From positions 64,001 through 128,000 of the IMG/VR virus record IMGVR_UViG_3300028549_003662: 64,000 bases of DNA. The stretch is one strand, 5' to 3'. This DNA is from a virus. Shown here one piece after another: positions 1 to 7,884 of this stretch. A model generated the notes under the pieces. It made no database searches, was not told the origin of the DNA, and was given only the letters and a program-made list of their open reading frames with translations. Position 1 is the stretch's first letter. Every line of letters begins with the position of its first letter. A program made the translations under genes and the position numbers.

Positions 1-74
1 CTTTCGATTTCGAACGGCCCTTCGCTCTTGCACTTCGGGCACGACATCCCTATAAGCAGTCCTTTGTTTGACAT
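1..74 (-). CDS. Hypothetical protein with CxxC, 5' part only (runs off window)
   Basis: Hand translation MSNKGLLIGMSCPKCKSEGPFEIE; GAGGAGG RBS upstream of ATG 74. Confidence 0.6.
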   Translation of the reverse strand, partial: MSNKGLLIGMSCPKCKSEGPFEIE

Positions 75-88
75 ATCGTCCTCCTCGG

Positions 89-796
89 TTAGAACATGCG
101 GGCAATTTCTGCCATGTGCTCCACGCCTTCACGCCCCACGAGGCGCAGCATGTCAGGCAGATAGTTGCGGCAGGTGTTGTAAATGGCCTCGGCCTTGCGG
201 CTGTCGCTGTCGTAGCCGAAGTTGCCCGCCCAATCCTCGAACGTGCTCTCAATGGCCTCCAGGGCGTCACCGCACACCGTGGCGAGCACTTCTGCGGGTT
301 GCGCCCCCAGGGGCTTCTTGTACCCCTGCTTGACGCTCTGCGAGGCGTTGAAGATGTTTACGATCTTCGCGGCCAACTCGGCTTGGTTGTGCAGGTGGCG
401 TTGTTTACCGTTGAGCATGTTGCGGGCGGTGTAGCTGTCGCTCTCGGTGTACTTGCACCCCACCGGCCAATGGTTCAGCGCTTCTATGGGGCGCAGGAAG
501 CTGTGTAGGACACAGCCGATGCCCATCTTGTAGGGCAGTTCGACTGTGACGAGTTCGCCACTTTTGTAGGTGACAACGTATGCGGTATGCGGCCACGGCC
601 TCTTGGCGTGATCGCCGGTTTCGTCCACCGCACCTAGCGCAGCGCTCACCTTCGCGGTGACACCTGCTGCGGTCATGAGGCGTAGCGCTTCTTGCTGCGC
701 TTCTTCGGGTGTGAGGTCTTCGTAGGAGCCGTTGATGGGGTTCTTGGTGATGCTCAATGCGTCCTCCGTTTCCATAGTGCTTTTCGTTTTGACCAC
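89..796 (-). CDS. Hypothetical phage protein
   Basis: 235-aa ORF in a minus-strand gene run; start may be ATG 775. Confidence 0.75.
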   Translation of the reverse strand: MVKTKSTMETEDALSITKNPINGSYEDLTPEEAQQEALRLMTAAGVTAKVSAALGAVDETGDHAKRPWPHTAYVVTYKSGELVTVELPYKMGIGCVLHSFLRPIEALNHWPVGCKYTESDSYTARNMLNGKQRHLHNQAELAAKIVNIFNASQSVKQGYKKPLGAQPAEVLATVCGDALEAIESTFEDWAGNFGYDSDSRKAEAIYNTCRNYLPDMLRLVGREGVEHMAEIARMF

Positions 797-810
797 CCAA
801 CAGTGCTGTA

Positions 811-999
811 TTACGCGAAGTTCCTGTAGTAGGCCCAGGCGTGACCGCGCTGGACACGGACGTTCAGGCCGTTGCTGAATCCGCCGGTGTCGTAGAAGGT
901 ACGCTTGGTGATTCGCATCATGCCGAACATACTGCGCTTGTAAAGGTGCGGGTTGTTATCCATGCCGCCAAGGACGGTACGCCTTCTCTTTCTACGCAT
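811..999 (-). CDS. Small basic hypothetical protein
   Basis: AGGAGG RBS before ATG 999 (MRRKRRR...). Confidence 0.6.
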   Translation of the reverse strand: MRRKRRRTVLGGMDNNPHLYKRSMFGMMRITKRTFYDTGGFSNGLNVRVQRGHAWAYYRNFA

Positions 1000-1113
1000 G
1001 GTGCCTCCTGGTGGTTGTGGCGGGCACACCGGTGCCCGCCAGGTCTATGATGCGGTTATCTCTACTTCATAACGCCTCCACGGGGTTGCAGTTGAAAATA
1101 CCGTACACAAATG

Positions 1114-1152
1114 AAAAAGCCCGCATCCTACACAATGGCGGGATGCGGGCTT
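1114..1152 (-). terminator. Rho-independent terminator
   Basis: Stem AAGCCCGCATCC/GGATGCGGGCTT followed by a U-tract on the minus strand, just after the 1156 stop. Confidence 0.75.
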
Positions 1153-1155
1153 CTA

Positions 1156-1395
1156 TTATGCGCGGTCGGTGTTGATGCGGAATTGCTGTGTCTGCCGGTT
1201 GACGATGATGCTCCCGCGCCTCTCAAGCCCCTCAATGGCGCGCAGGTTAGGCTTGTCGTTCTTGTAGGTGTGCCACGTTTGGAACTTGAAGGCGAAGTCG
1301 AGCAGGTTGATTTGGTTGCTCCCCCTGGCGGTGAAGGGCTGTGCGCGCCCTGTGTAGATGCGCATCGCCCCTGCGGACTCGATGATGGTTGTCAT
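1156..1395 (-). CDS. Small hypothetical protein, possibly winged-helix-like
   Basis: AAGGGG RBS; C-terminal AIEGLERRGSIIV pattern. Confidence 0.6.
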   Translation of the reverse strand: MTTIIESAGAMRIYTGRAQPFTARGSNQINLLDFAFKFQTWHTYKNDKPNLRAIEGLERRGSIIVNRQTQQFRINTDRA

Positions 1396-1414
1396 GTCTG
1401 CCCCCTTGTTTTTT

Positions 1415-1810
1415 TTAGGTGAAGGCCGCGTCATTTTCATAGACGGGGAAGATGCTCCCCACATAGGCCCGCATGGCGGCTTCAAGCGGTGTACCGCCCT
1501 TGTAGCGGCATACGCGGTTGTGGACCTGATAGGAGAGATTGCCGTACCGCTTGCCGCCCGTGAAGGTAAACCTGCTCCAGCGCGCTATCTCGCCGCTGCC
1601 GACATCGCGTCCATGCATGGCGTACCATGTGCCGCCGTTCTCACGCAGTGCTATGCGGTATGCGGTGATGATGGGTCCGCCGTCCTCCCAGCGCGTCACG
1701 GGGTCGTACACCCCCTCCCGCTCTGCGGCTGCTGCTGCGGCATTGACATACCCCTGGCAGCGCGCAACGGCTTCCGTGAGTTCCGCGAGCGACATCGTGT
1801 ATGCGTTCAC
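1415..1810 (-). CDS. Hypothetical protein
   Basis: GTGA-coupled to upstream gene; GGAGG RBS. Confidence 0.7.
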   Translation of the reverse strand: MNAYTMSLAELTEAVARCQGYVNAAAAAAEREGVYDPVTRWEDGGPIITAYRIALRENGGTWYAMHGRDVGSGEIARWSRFTFTGGKRYGNLSYQVHNRVCRYKGGTPLEAAMRAYVGSIFPVYENDAAFT

Positions 1811-2199
1811 GCCGCCTCCCTGTTGCGGGCCTCGACGGTGTATGCGATGCCGTCAAAGCTGCTGCTGCCGTATGTGCGTGCCTCATCGGCGCGCTTGGCG
1901 TAGTCTTCTTCCGCGCTATCCGTGGCCTCCCCGGCTTCGTATAGGGCATCACCGATGCAGCGATTGGCCTCTTCGGCGGTGTGGAAGGTTCCCACCACCT
2001 TGTCGTCTATGAGGGCGACATAGACGATATCGACACGCGGCCCATGCACCCAGAAGGCTTCATTGCAGGACGTGCAGATGTAGGTTTCGGCGTCGCCTTC
2101 TATGGCATAGCCGTTGTTGTCGGTGTACGCGCCCATTTCGATAAACGCGCCGATGCTCTTCTTGACCTCGTTGCACAGACAGTACGGGCACCTCAGCAT
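1807..2199 (-). CDS. Zn-ribbon hypothetical protein
   Basis: CPYC...CTSC; GGAGGAGG RBS. Confidence 0.7.
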   Translation of the reverse strand: MLRCPYCLCNEVKKSIGAFIEMGAYTDNNGYAIEGDAETYICTSCNEAFWVHGPRVDIVYVALIDDKVVGTFHTAEEANRCIGDALYEAGEATDSAEEDYAKRADEARTYGSSSFDGIAYTVEARNREAA

Positions 2200-2456
2200 G
2201 TCGCCTCCTCCTGCCGCATGTAGCGGCATTGCTTTCTGTATTCCTTACGTGCGTTGCCGAGTTCGTTTCCGGGGAAGACCTCCCAGGCTATGCGGGTGTG
2301 CGTCTTGAAGTCGTGTGTGCGGACGTGGAAGTGTCCGTGTTCCAGCCAGAACGTTGTCCAGATGTCGTCCCTTTCCGTGCGCTGTATGTATCCGCATCCC
2401 AGCGCATACAGGGAGAGGTCAACGCCGTTCTTGAGCCTGAAGCGAAGTTCGGCCAT
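2193..2456 (-). CDS. Hypothetical protein
   Basis: GGGAGGA RBS; fits the tightly packed operon. Confidence 0.7.
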   Translation of the reverse strand: MAELRFRLKNGVDLSLYALGCGYIQRTERDDIWTTFWLEHGHFHVRTHDFKTHTRIAWEVFPGNELGNARKEYRKQCRYMRQEEATC

Positions 2457-2468
2457 GTCGTCCTCCCT

Positions 2469-3197
2469 TTATGCTATGACGCGCATCTGGCGCAGTATGG
2501 CGGTTGCGGTCATTGTGGCGGCCTCACGAGGGACGCCAAGGTGTGCGAGGTCCATCGCGTAGTCGGTGATGCGCGCCTTGCCCTCAAGGCTATCAGCGCC
2601 GTATGGCGTTGCGGGCACATTCTGCATCGACACCGGGAGCTTCGTGGGACTCATGGTCTTGTCTATGCAGCGCGGCTTCTTGGTGCGCTGTTCGTGTGTG
2701 CCCTGTGTTTCGCAGTCCACGACGGTATCGAACACCTTGACGGCCTGTTCGCTCCCCACCTTGCCGTTACCGCGCTTCTCTATGCGCTCCGCGGTCTGTA
2801 TGGCATCAGCGACGCTTTCAACGACGACACCGGCCTTCATAGCCTCTGTGCTGATCTCGTCAACGTACAGCGGCGCCTTCGCCCCCATGAGCACCGCACA
2901 CGGGTATCCGGTTTCTGCCGTATACCCCAGCCCCTCCATGTGCTCAACGCTCACCGCCAGCGTACCGTGATCGCCGTGGTAGAGCAGCCGCCCCGTGCTA
3001 TCCTGCATGTGTTGGCCGTCCATGTTGAGCACGGCGTACATCATGCCGGCCATGCAGACCATCTTGCACGTGGTGGCGTATTCGCGGACTTGCAGAGCGG
3101 TTTCGAGTTCAACGCTCTTGCGCGTTTCTGCGATGCTCATGCGGTTCTTGATCTCGACGACATTCGTGGCCTTCTGCTGCTTACGTGCGGTATTCAT
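2469..3197 (-). CDS. Hypothetical protein
   Basis: 242-aa ORF with GAGGAG RBS. Confidence 0.75.
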   Translation of the reverse strand: MNTARKQQKATNVVEIKNRMSIAETRKSVELETALQVREYATTCKMVCMAGMMYAVLNMDGQHMQDSTGRLLYHGDHGTLAVSVEHMEGLGYTAETGYPCAVLMGAKAPLYVDEISTEAMKAGVVVESVADAIQTAERIEKRGNGKVGSEQAVKVFDTVVDCETQGTHEQRTKKPRCIDKTMSPTKLPVSMQNVPATPYGADSLEGKARITDYAMDLAHLGVPREAATMTATAILRQMRVIA

Positions 3198-3262
3198 AGT
3201 GCGCTCCTCTGGCTTTTATTTCTACACGTCTATACATTTTTACCACCGTCAAAGGCTGTATG

Positions 3263-3385
3263 CTATGTGCGGGGCATCCAGATCATCATCGCTGCTACCT
3301 GCATCAGCATTCCGACCATCAGCGCGGCCAGTATGCGCTCACGCCGCTCCCAGACCGCAACCCTCACCATACGTCCTATGTACAT
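3263..3385 (-). CDS. Small membrane peptide (40 aa)
   Basis: TAATG-coupled to the 3385 stop; one hydrophobic helix. Confidence 0.5.
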   Translation of the reverse strand: MYIGRMVRVAVWERRERILAALMVGMLMQVAAMMIWMPRT

Positions 3386-3672
3386 TACTCCGACACCTCC
3401 AGCGTGTAGTCCATAGAGGGGATGAACCCGGTTTCTTCCATCGCATCTTCCAGCCCGCCCATGATACGCACAAGGGCTTTCTGCGCGTTGTTGCAATTCA
3501 GCACCTCGTCGAGTGCCTTCTTCCGCGTCCACACGTTGGCGTCTTTGTCTGCCAGGATAAACGCGCTCTTCTCTCTGCGCGCTTCTATGAGGCGGTAGAT
3601 GGTGTTGAAGTCCTTCACGAGTTCGTCCTGGGCGCATTCATAGGGGCTTTTTCTACGGGGTTCCTTCGCCAC
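3385..3672 (-). CDS. Hypothetical protein
   Basis: GTG start 3672 with AGGAGA RBS, downstream of a predicted promoter. Confidence 0.65.
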   Translation of the reverse strand: MAKEPRRKSPYECAQDELVKDFNTIYRLIEARREKSAFILADKDANVWTRKKALDEVLNCNNAQKALVRIMGGLEDAMEETGFIPSMDYTLEVSE

Positions 3673-3745
3673 AATCGTTCTCCTATCGCGTCTATATGTC
3701 GCGGTTTTTGTGTTTTTGTTGGCCTTTCTCAACCAACTGGCAAAC

Positions 3746-3774
3746 ATTCTCTCACACTTTTTCACCTTTGTCAA
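3746..3774 (-). promoter_or_regulatory. Sigma70-like promoter
   Basis: TTGACA-17 bp-GAGAAT upstream of the early gene run. Confidence 0.55.
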
Positions 3775-4030
3775 GAGGCTGAAATGATTGACTTTCTTTT
3801 CCAAGTCACTAATATAGCATAGATAATTACTATGTAGCTTAATAGATTATAGAATGTCTACAACACGATACTATCATAGAGGGGTAAAGGGGGAGTACTA
3901 TGCATAGGCCGCAAGGGGCGTCATAGATGCATAGGTTTGATCTTTGAAGAAGGGGAAGAACACGGATAGATGGATAGTTGATTAGGAGGCTATCATAGGA
4001 GGCCTTCCACGTGGTATTATCTGGTACCTC

Positions 4031-4177
4031 CCTCGCGCCACCCGCACACCCGCACACCCGCACACCCGCACCCGCACACCCGCACACCCGCACACCCGCA
4101 CCTCCCGCACACCCGCACCCGCACACCCGCACCCGCACACCTCGCACACCTCGCGCCACCCGCACCCGCACACCCGC
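4031..4177. repeat. (CACACCCG/CACCCG)n tandem array; G-rich on the minus strand
   Basis: About 16 CCCG-containing units read directly. Confidence 0.95.
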
Positions 4178-4196
4178 TACTATGCGCGCGTACACG

Positions 4197-4561
4197 TCTA
4201 TAGCGGAGTCATTTCCATAGCTTACTACGTTCTGACGGCAGATGTGGGCCTCTATAGAGGGGCTATTTCCATAGCCGTTTAGAACCCGACCACAGATGCG
4301 GGCTTCAATAGCAGGCCTCTATAGACCTCGGCCCGCTATAGACGCGGAATGACACGCGCATGCCCCCTCTATAGAGGCGCGTGCCCGTATGTGCGCGTCC
4401 TCTATAGATCGCGGGCGTATTGCGCCTCTATAGAGGGGATCTCCCCTGTCGGGATAGCAGGTATGCGGGCACTTCTGGTAGCAGGAAACGCCCCTATTGC
4501 GTGACCTGGCCGGCGTTTCTATGGCCGCACAAGGCCATATAGGGCGTAAAGCCCCTATAGG
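4197..4561. repeat. Cluster of CTATAG palindromes (CCTCTATAGAGG x3 plus partial copies)
   Basis: Full copies at 4249, 4366, 4425; CCTCTATAGA at 4316, 4399; core also near 4198, 4336, 4555. Confidence 0.85.
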
Positions 4562-4790
4562 AGAGATACGCATAGCTGTGAATATCGGCGTTTTTCGTGG
4601 ATTATGTTGGTATCAGGGGCTTACAAGGCAAGCCCCCCTTTCGGGCCGATACTGCCCTACAGGGGAAAAGGGGAAGGATAAGAAGAGGGTATGAAGAGGC
4701 GATTATGGGCGATTATGGCCGATTATAGGCGAAAAGCAGGGCACAAGGGCTTTTTATGATGCCCTTGTGCCCTATATGGCGCGGCCCCTC

Positions 4791-5087
4791 CTATTCGAGT
4801 TCAAAGGCCATGCTACGGGTAATGCGCTCAATCTCCTGATACGGCACCTCCTCCTGTTCCGTCACGAATTCAATTACGCCGGAGTACCGAGACAACGGCT
4901 GGCGCAATTCCGCGCCTATGTCCATTGCCCGGAGTTCGTCCAATGCAGAGCGGCGCAACAATGCGGCGCTTTTGTCGTTTCCCTTGTCATATGGCGCGCG
5001 TCTTGGCGTTCTGGCCTTTGCGGATGCATCGGCGCAAAAAGCATCTAAAGCACGCTCAATCTTTGCGATATCGGTAGCAGAAAGCAT
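4791..5087 (-). CDS. Hypothetical protein
   Basis: AAGGGG RBS; flanked by hairpins at about 4738-4773 and 5111-5144. Confidence 0.65.
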   Translation of the reverse strand: MLSATDIAKIERALDAFCADASAKARTPRRAPYDKGNDKSAALLRRSALDELRAMDIGAELRQPLSRYSGVIEFVTEQEEVPYQEIERITRSMAFELE

Positions 5088-5154
5088 GATTTTTTCCCCT
5101 TTACGTTTACAGGGCAGGAAAGGCTTTTATGCCTTCCCTGCCCCGTATGGTGGA

Positions 5155-5769
5155 TTAAGCGCCTATCTTCTTGGCAATCTTCAGCATCATTGCGGCCAAT
5201 TGGTCAATGGCCGCGCCTTGCGAGTTCACCTTATCTGCCAGGGAAGCAGCTTCGCCATGCTCGGACTTGGCAGGCACCTTGTCCCCAGCGGCCATGCGCG
5301 AGGTCTTGGCAGGTGCCTTGTCTCCTGCGGCCATGCGCGAGGTCTTGGGCGTTTCCGTCAAGAGTTCCGTCATATGCTCGGAAACGCTCTTTCCGTAAAT
5401 GTCCTCAAAGTCGGCCTTGCCCTCCTCAAAACGGTTTTGCATGGTACGCGGCACCACTGCGAGGACATTGGAAGCGGCCTTTCCCTTTGGGGTGATAACC
5501 ATTTGCACGTCCACACCTTCAGGCAGGTAGCCGAACGCCCGCGCCATATCGGCAAGGTTGACGTAAAGGTCCGGGCCGCCTTCTTTGCGTCCGTCGAAAA
5601 CGGCAAGATGTCCACTTGTGCTGATATGCTTCACGCTCGCCGTGAAATTAACCGTCATTGGCTTTGTTTCGCTCTTGCGCGAAGTGGAAGCGGCCTTTGT
5701 TTCGCTCTTGCGCGAAGTGGAAGCGGCGGGAACGGCCTTTGTCGTGTTGGGCTTTGTCAATCTCGGCAT
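5155..5769 (-). CDS. Basic hypothetical protein with internal tandem repeats
   Basis: AAGGA RBS at MPRLTK; AASTSRKSETK x2 and KTSRMAAGDK x2. Confidence 0.75.
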   Translation of the reverse strand: MPRLTKPNTTKAVPAASTSRKSETKAASTSRKSETKPMTVNFTASVKHISTSGHLAVFDGRKEGGPDLYVNLADMARAFGYLPEGVDVQMVITPKGKAASNVLAVVPRTMQNRFEEGKADFEDIYGKSVSEHMTELLTETPKTSRMAAGDKAPAKTSRMAAGDKVPAKSEHGEAASLADKVNSQGAAIDQLAAMMLKIAKKIGA

Positions 5770-5854
5770 GTTGAATTCCTTTGCCCTTTCGGGCGGGGTT
5801 TTGCGGGTAGTGCGGGCTTGCACCGTTCCGCGAAAATTCATCTTATCCGGTTTT

Positions 5855-5904
5855 CTTGTCTCACGCCACAAAAGACGTGTCAAACATTATTTTCACTTTT
5901 TCAC
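5855..5904 (-). promoter_or_regulatory. Putative promoter with AT-rich upstream element
   Basis: TTGACA at 5878-5883 with a weak -10; shares CACTTTTTCAC with the 3.75 kb promoter. Confidence 0.4.
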
Positions 5905-6007
5905 AAAATAGATTGTTAACAATTACAAGGCACTGTTAAGCAAGTATGCGGAATGATAAAGAGAACATAGGCAAGGAAATTTTAGCAGGGGGGGGGTGGG
6001 CTGTTTG

Positions 6008-6156
6008 ACACCTCTCGCAGCGCACTACAAAATTTAGGCATACTGCCCTTTACAAAATGTGTACACCTCCATCGCAGCGCACTACAAAATTTAGGCATAC
6101 AAAATGTGTACACCTCCATCGCAGCGCACTACAAAATTTAGCTATACAAAATGTGT
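6008..6156. repeat. Three direct repeats of about 47 bp
   Basis: ACACCTC(CA)TCGCAGCGCACTACAAAATTTAG...ACAAAATGTGT x3, preceded by a G-run at about 5988-6000. Confidence 0.9.
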
Positions 6157-6167
6157 CGAGCGTAGGC

Positions 6168-6196
6168 AAAAAGAAAAGGGAGGCCTGACCTCCCTT
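6168..6196 (-). terminator. Rho-independent terminator
   Basis: AAGGGAGG/CCTCCCTT stem with a U-rich tail, after the 6200 stop. Confidence 0.7.
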
Positions 6197-6199
6197 CTA

Positions 6200-6436
6200 T
6201 CACAAGCAAGCACGCTGCTTACTTCGTGGCAGACCTGATCGCTCCCTCCCTGCTATCGTTGGCCGGTACGCTGATACACGCGCAGAGCATGCCACGTAGC
6301 CGAGACCGCGCAACTCCTCCAAAACCTCAATGGTGCGCACTGGGTCGATGTACGTCCACTCCACGGCCTCGTAGTCCGGCCGCCACATCCCCTGCGTTAC
6401 CAACAGAACGAGTACAGCGTGCTGGGCGTCTGTCAT
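6200..6436 (-). CDS. Small winged-helix-like protein (paralog of 7431-7691)
   Basis: LEELRGLGYV...YRPTIAGRE pattern; ATGA overlap with the purZ stop. Confidence 0.7.
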   Translation of the reverse strand: MTDAQHAVLVLLVTQGMWRPDYEAVEWTYIDPVRTIEVLEELRGLGYVACSARVSAYRPTIAGRERSGLPRSKQRACL

Positions 6437-7434
6437 TTCAGTAGCCCTGTGAATGTGAGGAGGCCGCTACTCCCCCTTATGGACGTGATATCCTCCAGGC
6501 ATGGACCCGTACCTACCAGGATACGCTTCCCACGCAGCAGGCGGGCAAACTCCTTCATCTCCTCCCAGGTGCGGACGTAGTTGTAGAAGTTCAGGAACAC
6601 CACGTCGGGGCGGCACAGCTTGAGGGCGTCGCGGAGTTGCTGCGCAGAGAAGGTGGCGACGCGGCGGATGCGCTGCGTTACCGTCGTGCGCTCAGCGGGC
6701 TGACCCAGCGCCTCCCATGACGTCTCCGTGCTGTCGGGGTAGAATGGGCCTGATGGCCCGCCTACACGGATCGGATACGTGCGCAGCGACAGATACACCC
6801 GGCCGAGATGACAGGGATGGAGACGGGCGTCGGATAACGCCTGGGAGGGGCTGATGTCGCGTGAGGTGCAGTGGGGGTAGAAACCGGCGTTGATGCCAAG
6901 CGACACCCCCTGTGCGGTCTCCATCAATGCCGTGCATCCGTCGTCGAGATGACCAGCCAGGTCAAAGGGCGCGCACATCGACCGCAGAAGCGGATGCTGG
7001 CCCGCCAATACGGCCTCACGGAGGATCTTGCGCGACAATGCATGGCCGGTGCCGGATGCCGTCGTTGATATGGCGGCAACAGCAGATGCGGGGTCGCGCT
7101 CGAATGCGACGTCGGTGTCCTCCACAACAGCAGCAGCGGGGTGGATGCGCACACGGTCGGCGTCGACATCATACGCGTCCATCTCCGCAAGCAGCGCCGC
7201 AGGAGCAATGATGCTCCCCGCGGTGAGGTAGATCTGCGCGCGCTTGTTGATGACACCACCAACCGGCAACTGCTTCACCATCACGCGGTAGCCGTCGCGC
7301 TCACGATATGTGTGCCCGGCATTCGGCGACAACGATGATGCGAAGATGTCGTAGTGGCGCGTGTTCGCGATGTACCCCGCCAGCGCACCCTTGCCGGTGC
7401 TGCCGAACTGCCCGTCTATGATGATGTCCATCAC
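6433..7434 (-). CDS. purZ: PurZ, 2-amino-2'-deoxyadenylosuccinate synthase (PurA paralog)
   Basis: DGQFGSTGKG (Ser where PurA has the Asp of GDEGKG), PNAGHT, AQG.SL, FYPHCTSRD, YPIRVGG, RTTVT..RRV, and FLNFYNY in place of the PurA TKLD; short 333-aa length. Confidence 0.88.
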   Translation of the reverse strand: MMDIIIDGQFGSTGKGALAGYIANTRHYDIFASSLSPNAGHTYRERDGYRVMVKQLPVGGVINKRAQIYLTAGSIIAPAALLAEMDAYDVDADRVRIHPAAAVVEDTDVAFERDPASAVAAISTTASGTGHALSRKILREAVLAGQHPLLRSMCAPFDLAGHLDDGCTALMETAQGVSLGINAGFYPHCTSRDISPSQALSDARLHPCHLGRVYLSLRTYPIRVGGPSGPFYPDSTETSWEALGQPAERTTVTQRIRRVATFSAQQLRDALKLCRPDVVFLNFYNYVRTWEEMKEFARLLRGKRILVGTGPCLEDITSIRGSSGLLTFTGLLK

Positions 7435-7691
7435 ACCACCGGGACGAGGTAGCCGTGCCGCTCGGCAGGAACGCCGGAAGCCTCACGTCCCTCTGCTGTC
7501 GGTGTATATGCGGTGCGATACGGGGCCACGACAGCGCATGTCGCGAGACCACGCCGCACAAGACTGTTCATGATGCGCGTGGTGTGCGAGCAGTTGCCGT
7601 ACGTCCACCCACAGGTGAAGTGCACCTCCCAGTACCCGTACTCGCACAACCCGCGCAGGCACGATAGCTGGTCACTCCCCAGGGCGCGCAT
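7431..7691 (-). CDS. Small winged-helix-like protein
   Basis: MNSLVRRGLA...YTPTAEGRE; coupled to the purZ start. Confidence 0.7.
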   Translation of the reverse strand: MRALGSDQLSCLRGLCEYGYWEVHFTCGWTYGNCSHTTRIMNSLVRRGLATCAVVAPYRTAYTPTAEGREASGVPAERHGYLVPVV

Positions 7692-7884
7692 CCGCGGGCT
7701 CCATCGTGAACTCGGCGACCACACGCACATCCACCTCCACGACTACGAGGTGGAATCCGAGCTCATATATGCGCTCCAGGCACATGTTGGTGCGGTCCTG
7801 CATCTTCGTAATAGCCTCTATGATGTCGTTGTAGCGCGCATCCTGCAGATCACCGGCGGGGTTCCGCCACCCCCAGCACCTCAT
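7672..7884 (-). CDS. Hypothetical protein
   Basis: ATGA coupling; GGGAGG RBS. Confidence 0.6.
   Translation of the reverse strand: MRCWGWRNPAGDLQDARYNDIIEAITKMQDRTNMCLERIYELGFHLVVVEVDVRVVAEFTMEPADARPGE

Noticed and set aside
3839-4220. ORFs with CGCAGVRV / PAHPHTRT repeats
   Set aside because: These are translations of the CACACCCG microsatellite, with no RBS or coding-like context.
6008-6156. Possible mini CRISPR array
   Set aside because: The repeats are essentially contiguous, with no unique spacers and no cas genes.
6433-7434. Ordinary purA auxiliary gene
   Set aside because: It lacks the GDEGKG Asp and the TKLD guanine-specificity motif; the residues match the PurZ type.
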